From assembly GCA_963831475.1 (NCBI GenBank), contig CAWHQF010000020.1, positions 126,497 to 190,496 on the forward strand: a stretch of DNA of 64,000 nucleotides. Reading direction: 5' to 3'. Of the stretch, positions 9,176 to 17,864 are shown one piece after another. Positions within the stretch are counted from its first letter, which is position 1. Each line of letters begins with the position of its first letter. Made by a program: the position numbers and the translations under genes. The notes under the pieces are model-generated. The model had not been told where the DNA came from. It saw only the letters and a program-made list of their open reading frames with translations, and ran no database searches. This DNA is from an uncultured Alphaproteobacteria bacterium (lineage in GTDB: Bacteria; Pseudomonadota; Alphaproteobacteria; Rhizobiales; Xanthobacteraceae).

Positions 9176-9517
9176 CTACTTCACGATTCTTGCCGGTGAA
9201 ATCTTGGGCGCAAAACCGACCGGCACCATGAGAACATTGCGCTGCTGCACGACGTTTCCAGCTTTGGCATTTTCGGCAAGGTAGTGTTTCCACTCAGGAT
9301 CTTGCGCCATGCTTTTGCGCTTGGCCTCGCGATCGGCGGCGCTCTCATAGACCCAGCCATGCACCAACGTATTGAGCTCGCCGCTTTCCGCCGTCATGTA
9401 GTAGTGCGGTTCACCCATGTACCGCAGTTGCACAGGATAGCCGAGCTTGCTGTAGAGCTCGATTTGCGCCGGTGTGGTTCCGGGCCGAACGGTATAAGTA
9501 CGATGATCGATGAGCAC
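9176..9517 (-). CDS. NIPSNAP family protein
   Basis: GTG start after AAGGAGGAG; DHRTYTVRPG, GELNTLVHGWVYESAADR..R..M.QDPEW. Confidence 0.85.
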   Translation of the reverse strand: MLIDHRTYTVRPGTTPAQIELYSKLGYPVQLRYMGEPHYYMTAESGELNTLVHGWVYESAADREAKRKSMAQDPEWKHYLAENAKAGNVVQQRNVLMVPVGFAPKISPARIVK

Positions 9518-9587
9518 GCGCTCCTCCTTGAAAAATCGCCGCCTGATGCGGGTCACGCATGCACTTTTCCGGCAAGCGGGGCGCCGG

Positions 9588-11429
9588 TCAATAGACTTCA
9601 AGCGTATCCGGACGCATTGGTTGCTTGTCGACGACGTGGTGCTCGGCACGCTGCTCGGCCGGTTTTCGATAATGCGCAAGGTTGCTTGCGGTGTTCACCA
9701 GGGCCAGATGCGAAAAGGCCTGCGGGAAATTGCCGACGAGTCGCCCTGAACGCGGCTCATACTCCTCGCTCAGCAGGCCAACGTCGTTGCGCAAAGACAA
9801 TAGATAATTGAATAGCCGCCGGGCGTCATCGCGGCGTCCCAGCATCAAATAGGCATCCACCAGCCAGAAGCTGCACGCAAGAAACACCCCCTCGCCTGCC
9901 GGCAAGCCGTCGGCAGCCGTCGCGCTGTCATAGCGAAGTACCAGGCCCTTGACCAACAGCCGGCGCTCGATAGCCGAAATCGTGGAGACAATGCGCGGAT
10001 CTTGCGGCGGCAGAAATCCGATTGCCGGCAGCAACAGCAGGCTCGCATCGACTTCCTTCGAGCCATAGGAGCGCACGAAACTCCCAAGGTCAGCGTCGAA
10101 GCCACGCGTACAGACGTCGGCATGAATCCGCGCCCGGATGCCTTTCCATTCCTCGATGGGCCCCGGCAACTTGAACGCTTCTGCGCTGCGGATCGCGCGA
10201 TCGAAAGCGAGCCACGCCATTGCCTTTGAATGCGTGAAATGCTCGCGCCCGCTGCGCACTTCCCACAGACCCTCATCGGGCTCGTGCCAAATGTGGGCCA
10301 GGTGCAGCAGAAATTCTCGTTGCATGGCCCAGCCCGTCTCGTGCGCCACCAAGCCACCTTGCCGTGCCTGATGCAGCGCATCCATGACTTCACCAAATAT
10401 GTCGAGCTGAAGCTGGTTGTGTGCAGCATTTCCGATACGAACGGGATGCGAATTCTCGTAGCCGGGAAGCCACGGCACTTCCCATTCCGTCAAACGTCTT
10501 TCTCCGCCCAAGCCGTACATGATCTGGATCTGACGCGGACTGCCGGCGGCTGCGCGCTGCAGCCATTCCCGCCAGTTCCGCGCCTCGTCATAGTACCCGG
10601 CGTTCATCAGCGCGAGCAGTGTCATGGTTGCATCGCGCAGCCAGCAAAAACGGTAATCCCAGTTGCGTGATCCGCCGATACATTCGGGCAGCGATGTCGT
10701 CGGCGCCGCAGCCATGCCGCCGGTCGGAGCGTAGGTTAACGCCTTAAGCACGATGAGCGAACGTGTCACCGCCTCATCCCATGGACCCTCGATTTTGTTT
10801 CGACCTGCCCAACCGGTCCAGAATTGCTCTGTTGCCGCCAAGCGCTCGACGACATCGACCGGTTCAGGGACGTTCAGGTGCGAGCGTGCAAAGCCCAGGA
10901 CAAAGGGCACTTCCTCCCCCGGAGTTACGCTGAACTCTCCGACGGTCTTGAAATTTTCGCCGCGCATCCGCGTAGATGAGCGCAAGACCGCCATGTCAGG
11001 GCCTGCAATAGCGCGCAATGTCGTATCGTCCACGCGGGTCATCCACGGCACAATGGCGCCATAGGCAAATCGCAAAATGAGCTCGCTGCGGAAAGTGACC
11101 TTGCCGCTCTCTCCCCTGACGATGCGAATCAGCTGCGAGTGGTCCTTGCGTGGTGGCATGAAGTCGATCAGCGTGGCCGCGCCTTCATCCGTTTCGAAGC
11201 GCGTCTCCAGAATTAGGGTGTTGGGCCGGTAACGCCGCGTCACCCGCGGGGCGCCCATTTCGGGCGCAATCAGCCACCGCCCATGCTCCGGCTTGCCCAG
11301 CAAGGCAGCAAAACACGCGTCGGAATCGAAACGCGGCCAACAAAGCCAATCGATCGAGCCGTCGCGCCCGACCAGCGCGGCCGTGCCGAGATCTCCGATC
11401 ATCGCGTAATCTTCGATTTTGGATGCCAT
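9588..11429 (-). CDS. Glycoside hydrolase family 15 (trehalase/glucoamylase-like)
   Basis: IEDYAMIGD, AAPTTSLPE, NWDYRFCWLRD, QLQLDIFGE, GLWEVR, GNFPQAFSH. Confidence 0.95.
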   Translation of the reverse strand: MASKIEDYAMIGDLGTAALVGRDGSIDWLCWPRFDSDACFAALLGKPEHGRWLIAPEMGAPRVTRRYRPNTLILETRFETDEGAATLIDFMPPRKDHSQLIRIVRGESGKVTFRSELILRFAYGAIVPWMTRVDDTTLRAIAGPDMAVLRSSTRMRGENFKTVGEFSVTPGEEVPFVLGFARSHLNVPEPVDVVERLAATEQFWTGWAGRNKIEGPWDEAVTRSLIVLKALTYAPTGGMAAAPTTSLPECIGGSRNWDYRFCWLRDATMTLLALMNAGYYDEARNWREWLQRAAAGSPRQIQIMYGLGGERRLTEWEVPWLPGYENSHPVRIGNAAHNQLQLDIFGEVMDALHQARQGGLVAHETGWAMQREFLLHLAHIWHEPDEGLWEVRSGREHFTHSKAMAWLAFDRAIRSAEAFKLPGPIEEWKGIRARIHADVCTRGFDADLGSFVRSYGSKEVDASLLLLPAIGFLPPQDPRIVSTISAIERRLLVKGLVLRYDSATAADGLPAGEGVFLACSFWLVDAYLMLGRRDDARRLFNYLLSLRNDVGLLSEEYEPRSGRLVGNFPQAFSHLALVNTASNLAHYRKPAEQRAEHHVVDKQPMRPDTLEVY

Positions 11430-11439
11430 CGTCCTGCCG

Positions 11440-12483
11440 CTAGGCCGTAAAATCGACGACGACCTTGATGTCGTCTTCGCATCGCTCGAATGCTTCTCGC
11501 CAGCGCGGCAACGGCACGCGACGGCTTATCAATCCGGTAAGCCAGCGCCGATCGGCGCGGGCAAGTGCATCGGCCGCTTCGCGGTAGTGCCGACGATTCG
11601 CGTTGACCGAACCGAAGACCATGTCGTTCTGCAATACCATCGTGCGATTGAGGTCGCCGAGGTCGAATTGTATCTTGTGGCCACCAGACGAAACGCCGGC
11701 CAGACATACAATACCGTCGGCCGCTGTCCTTCCGATGACGTCGAGCACTACTGAAGCCGCGCCTGTACATTCGATGACGATATCGGGACAGAGGTTCCCG
11801 AGCCCACCACAGTGATAGGTTGCGCCAAGGGCTCGCACGAGCGCCGGCTTGGGCCCTTCTTCGACACGATCGAGCACATGCATTTCAAGGCCGCGCTGTG
11901 TACCCATGAGTGCAGCCAGAAGACCGACCGGACCGGCGCCGGTCACCAGTGCAGTGCGTGGACGCCATGACGTGCTACGTTCACCGATGCGAAAAGTTTG
12001 TTCCCATGCCTTCGCAACGACACTTGTGGGTTCGAGAAGCACGCCCAATGCACCGAGACCGGGATCGAGTTTCACCAGGAATTCCGGCTCGACGCGGAAT
12101 CGCTCGGAGCCATAGCCGTTACGTTCCTTGATGCCGCGTTCGGTATATCGACCGTTGCGACACATGTCCCACTCACCGGCCGCGCAGGCAGGGCACGGGA
12201 CCGGATCAGGCCGACGCACGATACCGACGACAAGATCACCACGATCAAAACCAGATTGAGCCGGAGCATCTTCGACCCGGCCGAGCGATTCATGGCCGAT
12301 GATCAATCGCCCGGCACCTGGCGGCGCCGAACCATATAGACCTTCGATGATTTCGTGATCGGTCCCGCAGATGCCCATCGCCAAGGCGCGCACCTGCACG
12401 GACCCGTCGCTCAGGGGCGGCGGTGGCACGTCATCAAGTCGGATTGAATGAGGTTCGCCTGGACTGACGGTCAGGGCATGCAT
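11440..12483 (-). CDS. Zn-dependent glucose 1-dehydrogenase (MDR superfamily)
   Basis: GICGTD, GHES, VRRPDPVPC..C.....DMC, YTERGI, GAGPVG, GSVNAN. Confidence 0.88.
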   Translation of the reverse strand: MHALTVSPGEPHSIRLDDVPPPPLSDGSVQVRALAMGICGTDHEIIEGLYGSAPPGAGRLIIGHESLGRVEDAPAQSGFDRGDLVVGIVRRPDPVPCPACAAGEWDMCRNGRYTERGIKERNGYGSERFRVEPEFLVKLDPGLGALGVLLEPTSVVAKAWEQTFRIGERSTSWRPRTALVTGAGPVGLLAALMGTQRGLEMHVLDRVEEGPKPALVRALGATYHCGGLGNLCPDIVIECTGAASVVLDVIGRTAADGIVCLAGVSSGGHKIQFDLGDLNRTMVLQNDMVFGSVNANRRHYREAADALARADRRWLTGLISRRVPLPRWREAFERCEDDIKVVVDFTA

Positions 12484-12534
12484 TGAGGTAACATTGCGAG
12501 GGCCGCCCCGTCGCCATGTTACACAACGCGCATA

Positions 12535-12933
12535 TCAGGTTGCGGGTTCCACCGACGCCACCTGATAGGTGTGGGTCTCTCCATCGTCGTTCCGAATTGA
12601 GACATATTCGCCCGGCCTGAAGGCATGCGCCCCGAAACGATAGCCGCTTTCGTCATCGTCGTCGGCCGTCTGATCATAGTCGAATACCCAACGCGCGTGC
12701 TCGGGACCGCCCGGCTTATGGACCAGAAAGCCGAGTTCGTCCGCCTCGCCCTCCCAGAACCGGCGGACACGGCAATGATCGCGATGCGCTTTCCAAAGCG
12801 TTGCGTCGATATGGCTTTTACCGTCGAGCGGCGCGACAAATTCGTAGCCGTGCTTTGCCGAGCCTTGGGGAAACTCCTTGGATCGGGCGAGGTTGAGCCT
12901 GATGCGCTTGAATGAATGCGGCAGGGTCGTCAC
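12535..12933 (-). CDS. Conserved hypothetical protein (132 aa)
   Basis: GTG start with AAGGAG RBS; natural-looking composition (RIRLNLARSKEFP.GS..HGY, WVFDYD, F.PGEYVSI). Confidence 0.8.
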   Translation of the reverse strand: MTTLPHSFKRIRLNLARSKEFPQGSAKHGYEFVAPLDGKSHIDATLWKAHRDHCRVRRFWEGEADELGFLVHKPGGPEHARWVFDYDQTADDDDESGYRFGAHAFRPGEYVSIRNDDGETHTYQVASVEPAT

Positions 12934-12993
12934 GGTCTGATCTCCTTGATCACTATAATATAAATGATCATGCCGCAGATGGCCCCGGCCGTT

Positions 12994-13031
12994 TTGATCT
13001 GGATCAGCCCCTCGTTATTGACCCTTGTCAC
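12994..13031. promoter_or_regulatory. Two FNR/FixK-type boxes in a divergent promoter
   Basis: TTGATCTGGATCAG (12994-13007) and TTGACCCTTGTCAC (13018-13031). Confidence 0.65.
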
Positions 13032-13058
13032 GATGGTAAGGATCGAAGGCGCCGCACA

Positions 13059-14588
13059 ATGATGGCAGAAGCCTCGCAAGAACCGGTGATCGCTTTCCTG
13101 GGCGATCCTGCCAACCACGCCGGCCAGCCCGTCAAACGCATCGATACCCACGCCGCCATGGTCTTTCTTGCCGGAGGACGAGCCCTGAAGATCAAGCGCG
13201 CAGTCCGCTTTCCTTTCCTCGATTTCTCGACCCTTGAAAGGCGCAAGGCGGCCTGCGAAACCGAGATTGCAGTCAATCGCGCCCATGCGCCCGCCATTTA
13301 CCGGGGAGTCATAGCGATCACGCGCGAGCGAGACGGCCGGCTCGCATTTGGCGGAAAAGGGCAGCCGGTTGAGTGGGCCGTCGAGATGAAGCGCTTCGAC
13401 GAGAACCAGACGCTCGATCATTTGGCCGAGATTGGCCGCATCGATGTGGGGCTGGCCGACTCGCTCGCGCGCGCGGTCGCAGCTGCGCACCGAGCGGCAC
13501 CGACAGTCGCAAATTCGAATTTCATCGAAAGTCTCGTCGAGATCACCTCACAGAATGAAGCCGAGCTCGCGGCGGAGCCGGACCTGATTCCTCTCAGGGA
13601 TCTACGCGCCTTTGCTGCTTCAACCCGCAACGCACTCCAACACCTGAAACCGTTGCTGCTGGCGCGCGAGCGTGCGGGACTTGTGCGGCGCTGCCACGGC
13701 GATCTGCACCTGGGCAACATCGTGCTTTTTTCGGGCCGACCGGTTTTGTTCGATGCGATCGAATTCAACGACAGAATTGCCACTTGTGATGTGTTCTATG
13801 ACCTCTCCTTTCTGTTGATGGATCTGATCGAACGTCGTCTTCAGCCGGCAGCCAACATCGTCCTCAACCGTTATTTAGCCGATACGGGACGCATCCATGA
13901 TTTCGATGCACTCTCCGCGCTGCCGTTGTTCATGTCGATACGCGCCGCCATCCGCGCCAAGGTCATAGCGGCACAGCGTAGGCAGGAACCTCAGCGCACG
14001 GACCTTGCCCGCAAGGCGCACGACTACATTGTTTTGGCGCAAAAACTACTTGCGCCTGTCAAACCGCAACTGGTCGCCATTGGTGGCCTCTCGGGGACCG
14101 GCAAATCAATGCTCGCACGTGCCTTAGCACCCGGGATTCAACCGCTGCCGGGGGCAGTGGTTTTGCGCAGCGACATCGAGCGCAAGACTTTGTTGCGCGC
14201 CGGCGAGACCGAACGGCTGCCTCAATCCGCTTATACGCCGGAGGTCACGGCTAAGGTCTACGCAGCGCTTGCGGAGAAAGCCCGGCGTTCCATCGCCGCC
14301 GGCCATTCTGCCATCGTCGACGCAGTGTTTGCACAACCCGCCGAACGCGCGGAAATCGCCGAAGCCGCGGGAAGCGCCGCCTTTACGGGACTCTTCCTCA
14401 CCGCCGACATGAAGACACGCATCGCCCGCGTCGACACGAGAACGGGCGATGCTTCAGATGCTGATGCAAACGTCGCGCAATTGCAGGAACAACTGGTGCT
14501 CGGCCGTGTCACATGGACGAAAGTTGACGCTTCAGGCACGTCTGAGGAAACACTGATCCGCGCACGAGCGATGCTCAAGCTGGAATGA
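13059..14588 (+). CDS. Bifunctional aminoglycoside-phosphotransferase-like / P-loop (AAA_33) protein
   Basis: LKIKRAV, CHGDLHLGN, FDAIEFN kinase motifs; C-terminal GLSGTGKS Walker A and RSDIERK. Confidence 0.9.
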   Translation: MMAEASQEPVIAFLGDPANHAGQPVKRIDTHAAMVFLAGGRALKIKRAVRFPFLDFSTLERRKAACETEIAVNRAHAPAIYRGVIAITRERDGRLAFGGKGQPVEWAVEMKRFDENQTLDHLAEIGRIDVGLADSLARAVAAAHRAAPTVANSNFIESLVEITSQNEAELAAEPDLIPLRDLRAFAASTRNALQHLKPLLLARERAGLVRRCHGDLHLGNIVLFSGRPVLFDAIEFNDRIATCDVFYDLSFLLMDLIERRLQPAANIVLNRYLADTGRIHDFDALSALPLFMSIRAAIRAKVIAAQRRQEPQRTDLARKAHDYIVLAQKLLAPVKPQLVAIGGLSGTGKSMLARALAPGIQPLPGAVVLRSDIERKTLLRAGETERLPQSAYTPEVTAKVYAALAEKARRSIAAGHSAIVDAVFAQPAERAEIAEAAGSAAFTGLFLTADMKTRIARVDTRTGDASDADANVAQLQEQLVLGRVTWTKVDASGTSEETLIRARAMLKLE

Positions 14589-14701
14589 TCAAGCTATGCA
14601 CTGGCCGACGCGCTGTTCCGCCCCTTGACCCCGTGGCGTTCGTTGCGGAACCGATGCATAGGTTTCCTTTACGATAACCTCCTGAAAGCTGATCCCCCAC
14701 G

Positions 14702-15907
14702 ATGAAAGCCGCCAAAGCCCGAACATTTTCCGCGCGCCACCTCGCGGTTGGGCTCGCGGGTTATTGCGCCTTCATCAATCTCTATTCGCCGCAGTCGATC
14801 CTGCCCCTGCTTTCTCAGGAATTTCATGCCAGCGCCGCGGAAATATCCACAATCATCACCGTCAGCACGCTAGCAGTCGCGCTGACGGCGCCGTTCACCG
14901 GCACGGTCGCCGACGTGCTCGGCAGGAAGCGCGTCATCGTGGCTGCGATGTTTGTGCTCGTCATACCGACATTGATGGTCGGACTGGCGACCACCCTCTC
15001 GCAGCTCATTTTCTGGCGTGCGGTGCAGGGACTCGTGCTGCCGCCGATTTTCGCTGTTGCGGTCGCTTATATCGGCGATGAGTGGAGCACCAAGGAGGCA
15101 ACCACTGCCGCCGGCATATATTCTTCGGGCTCGAGTCTCGGTGGCTTCAGCGGGCGGCTGGTGACCGGTTTACTGGCCGATTATATCGGTTGGCGCGCCG
15201 GCTTCGTTGCACTCGCCGGCATAGCTTTCGCTGGCGCCATCGCAGTGGCACTTCTGCTGCCTTATGAGCGCAGATTTGTACGGTCTGAAGGACTGCTTGC
15301 CTCCGGCCGGCAGATGCTGGCGCATTTCCGCAATCGTCAATTGCTTGCCACTTACGCCGTCGGTTTCGGCGTATTGTTCAATTTCATCTGCACCTTCACT
15401 TTTGTCAGCTTTCATTTGGCGGCCGCGCCTTACAATCTCTCGGCCAGTTGGCTCGGCGCAATTTTCGTGGTGTATCTCGTCGGCTCGGTACTCACTCCAT
15501 GGACTGGCTGGGCTGTCGGGCGGTTCGGGCGCCGTGCGTTCATGGTAGGGGTGATCGCGCTGTGGATCGCCGGCATCGCCCTGACGCTCGCACCATCGCT
15601 GCCGGTGATCATCGCCGGCCTTGCGCTTGGCGCCGGCTGCGGACTGATCTGCCAGGCGGTGTCGACCGGCTATGTCACGACGACCGCCAAGGCCGGACGC
15701 TCCTCGGCAGTCGGTCTCTATGTCACGTCGTTCTATATCGGCGGCAGTTTCGGCGCGGCGGCCGGGGGCATCGCATGGACACTCGGCCGCTGGCCGGCCT
15801 GCGTCGCCATCGTCGCGGCCATGCTCACCGTGATGGCAATGATTGTCGCTTTCGCATGGAGCCAAACCGGCAAATCCGGACCACCCAGCGCAATCGAACC
15901 GGCGTGA
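14702..15907 (+). CDS. MFS transporter (YnfM-like)
   Basis: About 12 hydrophobic helices; motif A GTVADVLGRKRVI; GGFSGR; YVTSFYIGGS. Confidence 0.9.
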   Translation: MKAAKARTFSARHLAVGLAGYCAFINLYSPQSILPLLSQEFHASAAEISTIITVSTLAVALTAPFTGTVADVLGRKRVIVAAMFVLVIPTLMVGLATTLSQLIFWRAVQGLVLPPIFAVAVAYIGDEWSTKEATTAAGIYSSGSSLGGFSGRLVTGLLADYIGWRAGFVALAGIAFAGAIAVALLLPYERRFVRSEGLLASGRQMLAHFRNRQLLATYAVGFGVLFNFICTFTFVSFHLAAAPYNLSASWLGAIFVVYLVGSVLTPWTGWAVGRFGRRAFMVGVIALWIAGIALTLAPSLPVIIAGLALGAGCGLICQAVSTGYVTTTAKAGRSSAVGLYVTSFYIGGSFGAAAGGIAWTLGRWPACVAIVAAMLTVMAMIVAFAWSQTGKSGPPSAIEPA

Positions 15908-15908
15908 T

Positions 15909-17111
15909 CTAGCATCCCGCGCCGGCCCAGGCCGGTTTACGGGCGGCGAGCAGCGGACCATAAACCAGCACGAATATTGTAAAGCCCACGATCCAGGCGA
16001 AACCGGAGAATTCGAGAAGTTCGATGGAGCTGGTAAAGGCCGCAACAATGCGTGCCAAGGCTGAAATGAGAACCGCCAAATAGATGGATTGAGTCGCGTA
16101 TCCCGCTTGCAGCGGCTGACCGGTGTGCCCGAGGCTGGCCCGTGTCATGATGGCAAGTGTCATCAATCCGATCGCGCCCGCCGTCCAGGCGTGGACCCCG
16201 GCGGTCGACGGAACGGTTGGGGTCCATGTCGACAGGCCGATCAACAGGAAGCCGAGCGGCACGAAGGCGTAGCCGACATGCAGCACGAGCACGAGCCTGT
16301 CGGAGAATGCGCGGTCGCCCGCCCAGCGTGTCAGCCGCGTTGATTGTAGGCCGCCAGCCAACACGAGCAGCGCGCCGGTAACCAAATGGGCCGGGCTTGC
16401 GATCCACGCGATGAGCGCAAGTGCACTGGCCACGATTGTTGCGATGTCGAAGCGCGAAAATGGCACCGGCAGGCGGCCCGGATTGTTGCGCGTGAGCCAG
16501 TTGTTGGTGAAGCTCGGCACGACGCGGCCGCCGATGATCGATATGAGCAGAATGACCGCGGCGATGCCAATGCGAATACCGTAATTGGCGGCGCCGGCCA
16601 GCAAGACCTCGGAATGAAAGACGACGTTGCCGAGAATAAGCAACCCGAGGACGACCAACACGCGAAGATTGCGCCAGTTCTTTCCCGCCACGATCTCGCG
16701 CGAAGCGACGGCGGCGAGCGTAATCAGGAAGCTTACATCGATCAGCGCGGCCAACAGCCCCCCGATTTGAGCCGAACACAGAAGCGCCACGCGGCCGGCA
16801 ATCCAAAGAGCCGCAAGGGCCGCAAGCGGCCATCCGCTTACCGGCAGCCGCCCGGTCCAGTTCGGTATCGCCGTGAGCAAGAATCCGGCGACGCTTGCCG
16901 CGACATAGCCGTAGAGCATCTCATGAATATGCCAGTCGAGTGCGCTGAAATGGGTCGGGATGGCGATCGCGCCCATGTATTGCGGCAGCCAGAGTAAGAT
17001 CGCTGCAGCCGCCCAGAATCCGGCGGCCAAAAAGAATGGTCGAAAGCCATAGGAGAACAAGGCGGGACCCGCATAGTCGCGGCGGCGCTGCAAAGCGGCT
17101 GGCATCGACAT
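15909..17111 (-). CDS. nnrS: NnrS family membrane protein (NO stress)
   Basis: GFRPFFL, WHIHEMLYG, GFLLTAIPNWTG, IGGRVVPSFT, MTRASLGHTG. Confidence 0.92.
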   Translation of the reverse strand: MSMPAALQRRRDYAGPALFSYGFRPFFLAAGFWAAAAILLWLPQYMGAIAIPTHFSALDWHIHEMLYGYVAASVAGFLLTAIPNWTGRLPVSGWPLAALAALWIAGRVALLCSAQIGGLLAALIDVSFLITLAAVASREIVAGKNWRNLRVLVVLGLLILGNVVFHSEVLLAGAANYGIRIGIAAVILLISIIGGRVVPSFTNNWLTRNNPGRLPVPFSRFDIATIVASALALIAWIASPAHLVTGALLVLAGGLQSTRLTRWAGDRAFSDRLVLVLHVGYAFVPLGFLLIGLSTWTPTVPSTAGVHAWTAGAIGLMTLAIMTRASLGHTGQPLQAGYATQSIYLAVLISALARIVAAFTSSIELLEFSGFAWIVGFTIFVLVYGPLLAARKPAWAGAGC

Positions 17112-17161
17112 CAATAGGCCTTCGTTTGGCGATTTTTTTGCACGATCCGTGAAGCCGCGAT

Positions 17162-17175
17162 TTGACATGGATCAT
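17162..17175. promoter_or_regulatory. FNR/FixK/NnrR-family box upstream of nnrS
   Basis: TTGACATGGATCAT (reverse complement ATGATCCATGTCAA), about 50 bp before the nnrS start. Confidence 0.65.
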
Positions 17176-17203
17176 AAGCCAACGCGGCACATCGCCGCGC
17201 AAA

Positions 17204-17812
17204 TCAATGCTGTGCGCTGGGGTGCCAGAGCGGCGTGTAGCCACGCATGAGCACGGAAAGGATCGAGGGCGGCGTTAGCACTTCGACCTCCGTGCCGCAC
17301 GACGGCGGGGGCGTTGGCGAATAGCCCGCCGGGGTCCATCGAAGCGCGCGGCTCCCCTTAACCGCAAAGGCTCCGCCGTCCACCAAAATCATTGCGCCTT
17401 CGGGAAGCGAGGCGAATTGCCGAAAATGCGTGCGCTTTGCCTTGCCGATCAAGCGTTCGGCGTGAAGTATTTCATCCATAGCCGCGGCCGATAAGCGCGG
17501 CTTCCTGCCGGAGAACAGTTCAGCAAACCGCTCGGCATCCTTGCGCCGGCATTCGAAGCAAGGTCGATGGCCGGCGGCAAATGCCGTCACTTCGTCGAGG
17601 AAAAACAATTCGGTGTAGTGACGGCCCCAGACGTTGCGGTGCCTTCCATGAAAATCGAGAACGCAACAAATCCACTGGCGTGAGGCCCAGCGGCGGCTCG
17701 TTAGCGTTCTTTCGTCCGTGTGAAACTTCCCGCCGCGGTTTCCCATGAGTGTGCCGCGCGCGGTTGTCGCACATAGTTCGCCGAACGGGGAAACACGGTT
17801 CGGAAGCGGCAT
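17204..17812 (-). CDS. Conserved hypothetical protein with putative Zn-binding Cys motifs
   Basis: MGNRG, WICC, YTELFFLDEVTAFAAGHRPCFECRR. Confidence 0.8.
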   Translation of the reverse strand: MPLPNRVSPFGELCATTARGTLMGNRGGKFHTDERTLTSRRWASRQWICCVLDFHGRHRNVWGRHYTELFFLDEVTAFAAGHRPCFECRRKDAERFAELFSGRKPRLSAAAMDEILHAERLIGKAKRTHFRQFASLPEGAMILVDGGAFAVKGSRALRWTPAGYSPTPPPSCGTEVEVLTPPSILSVLMRGYTPLWHPSAQH

Positions 17813-17864
17813 TCAGCCACCCGTCATCGCCGCACTTATCGCCAAAAGCCGCTGCTGCGAGACC

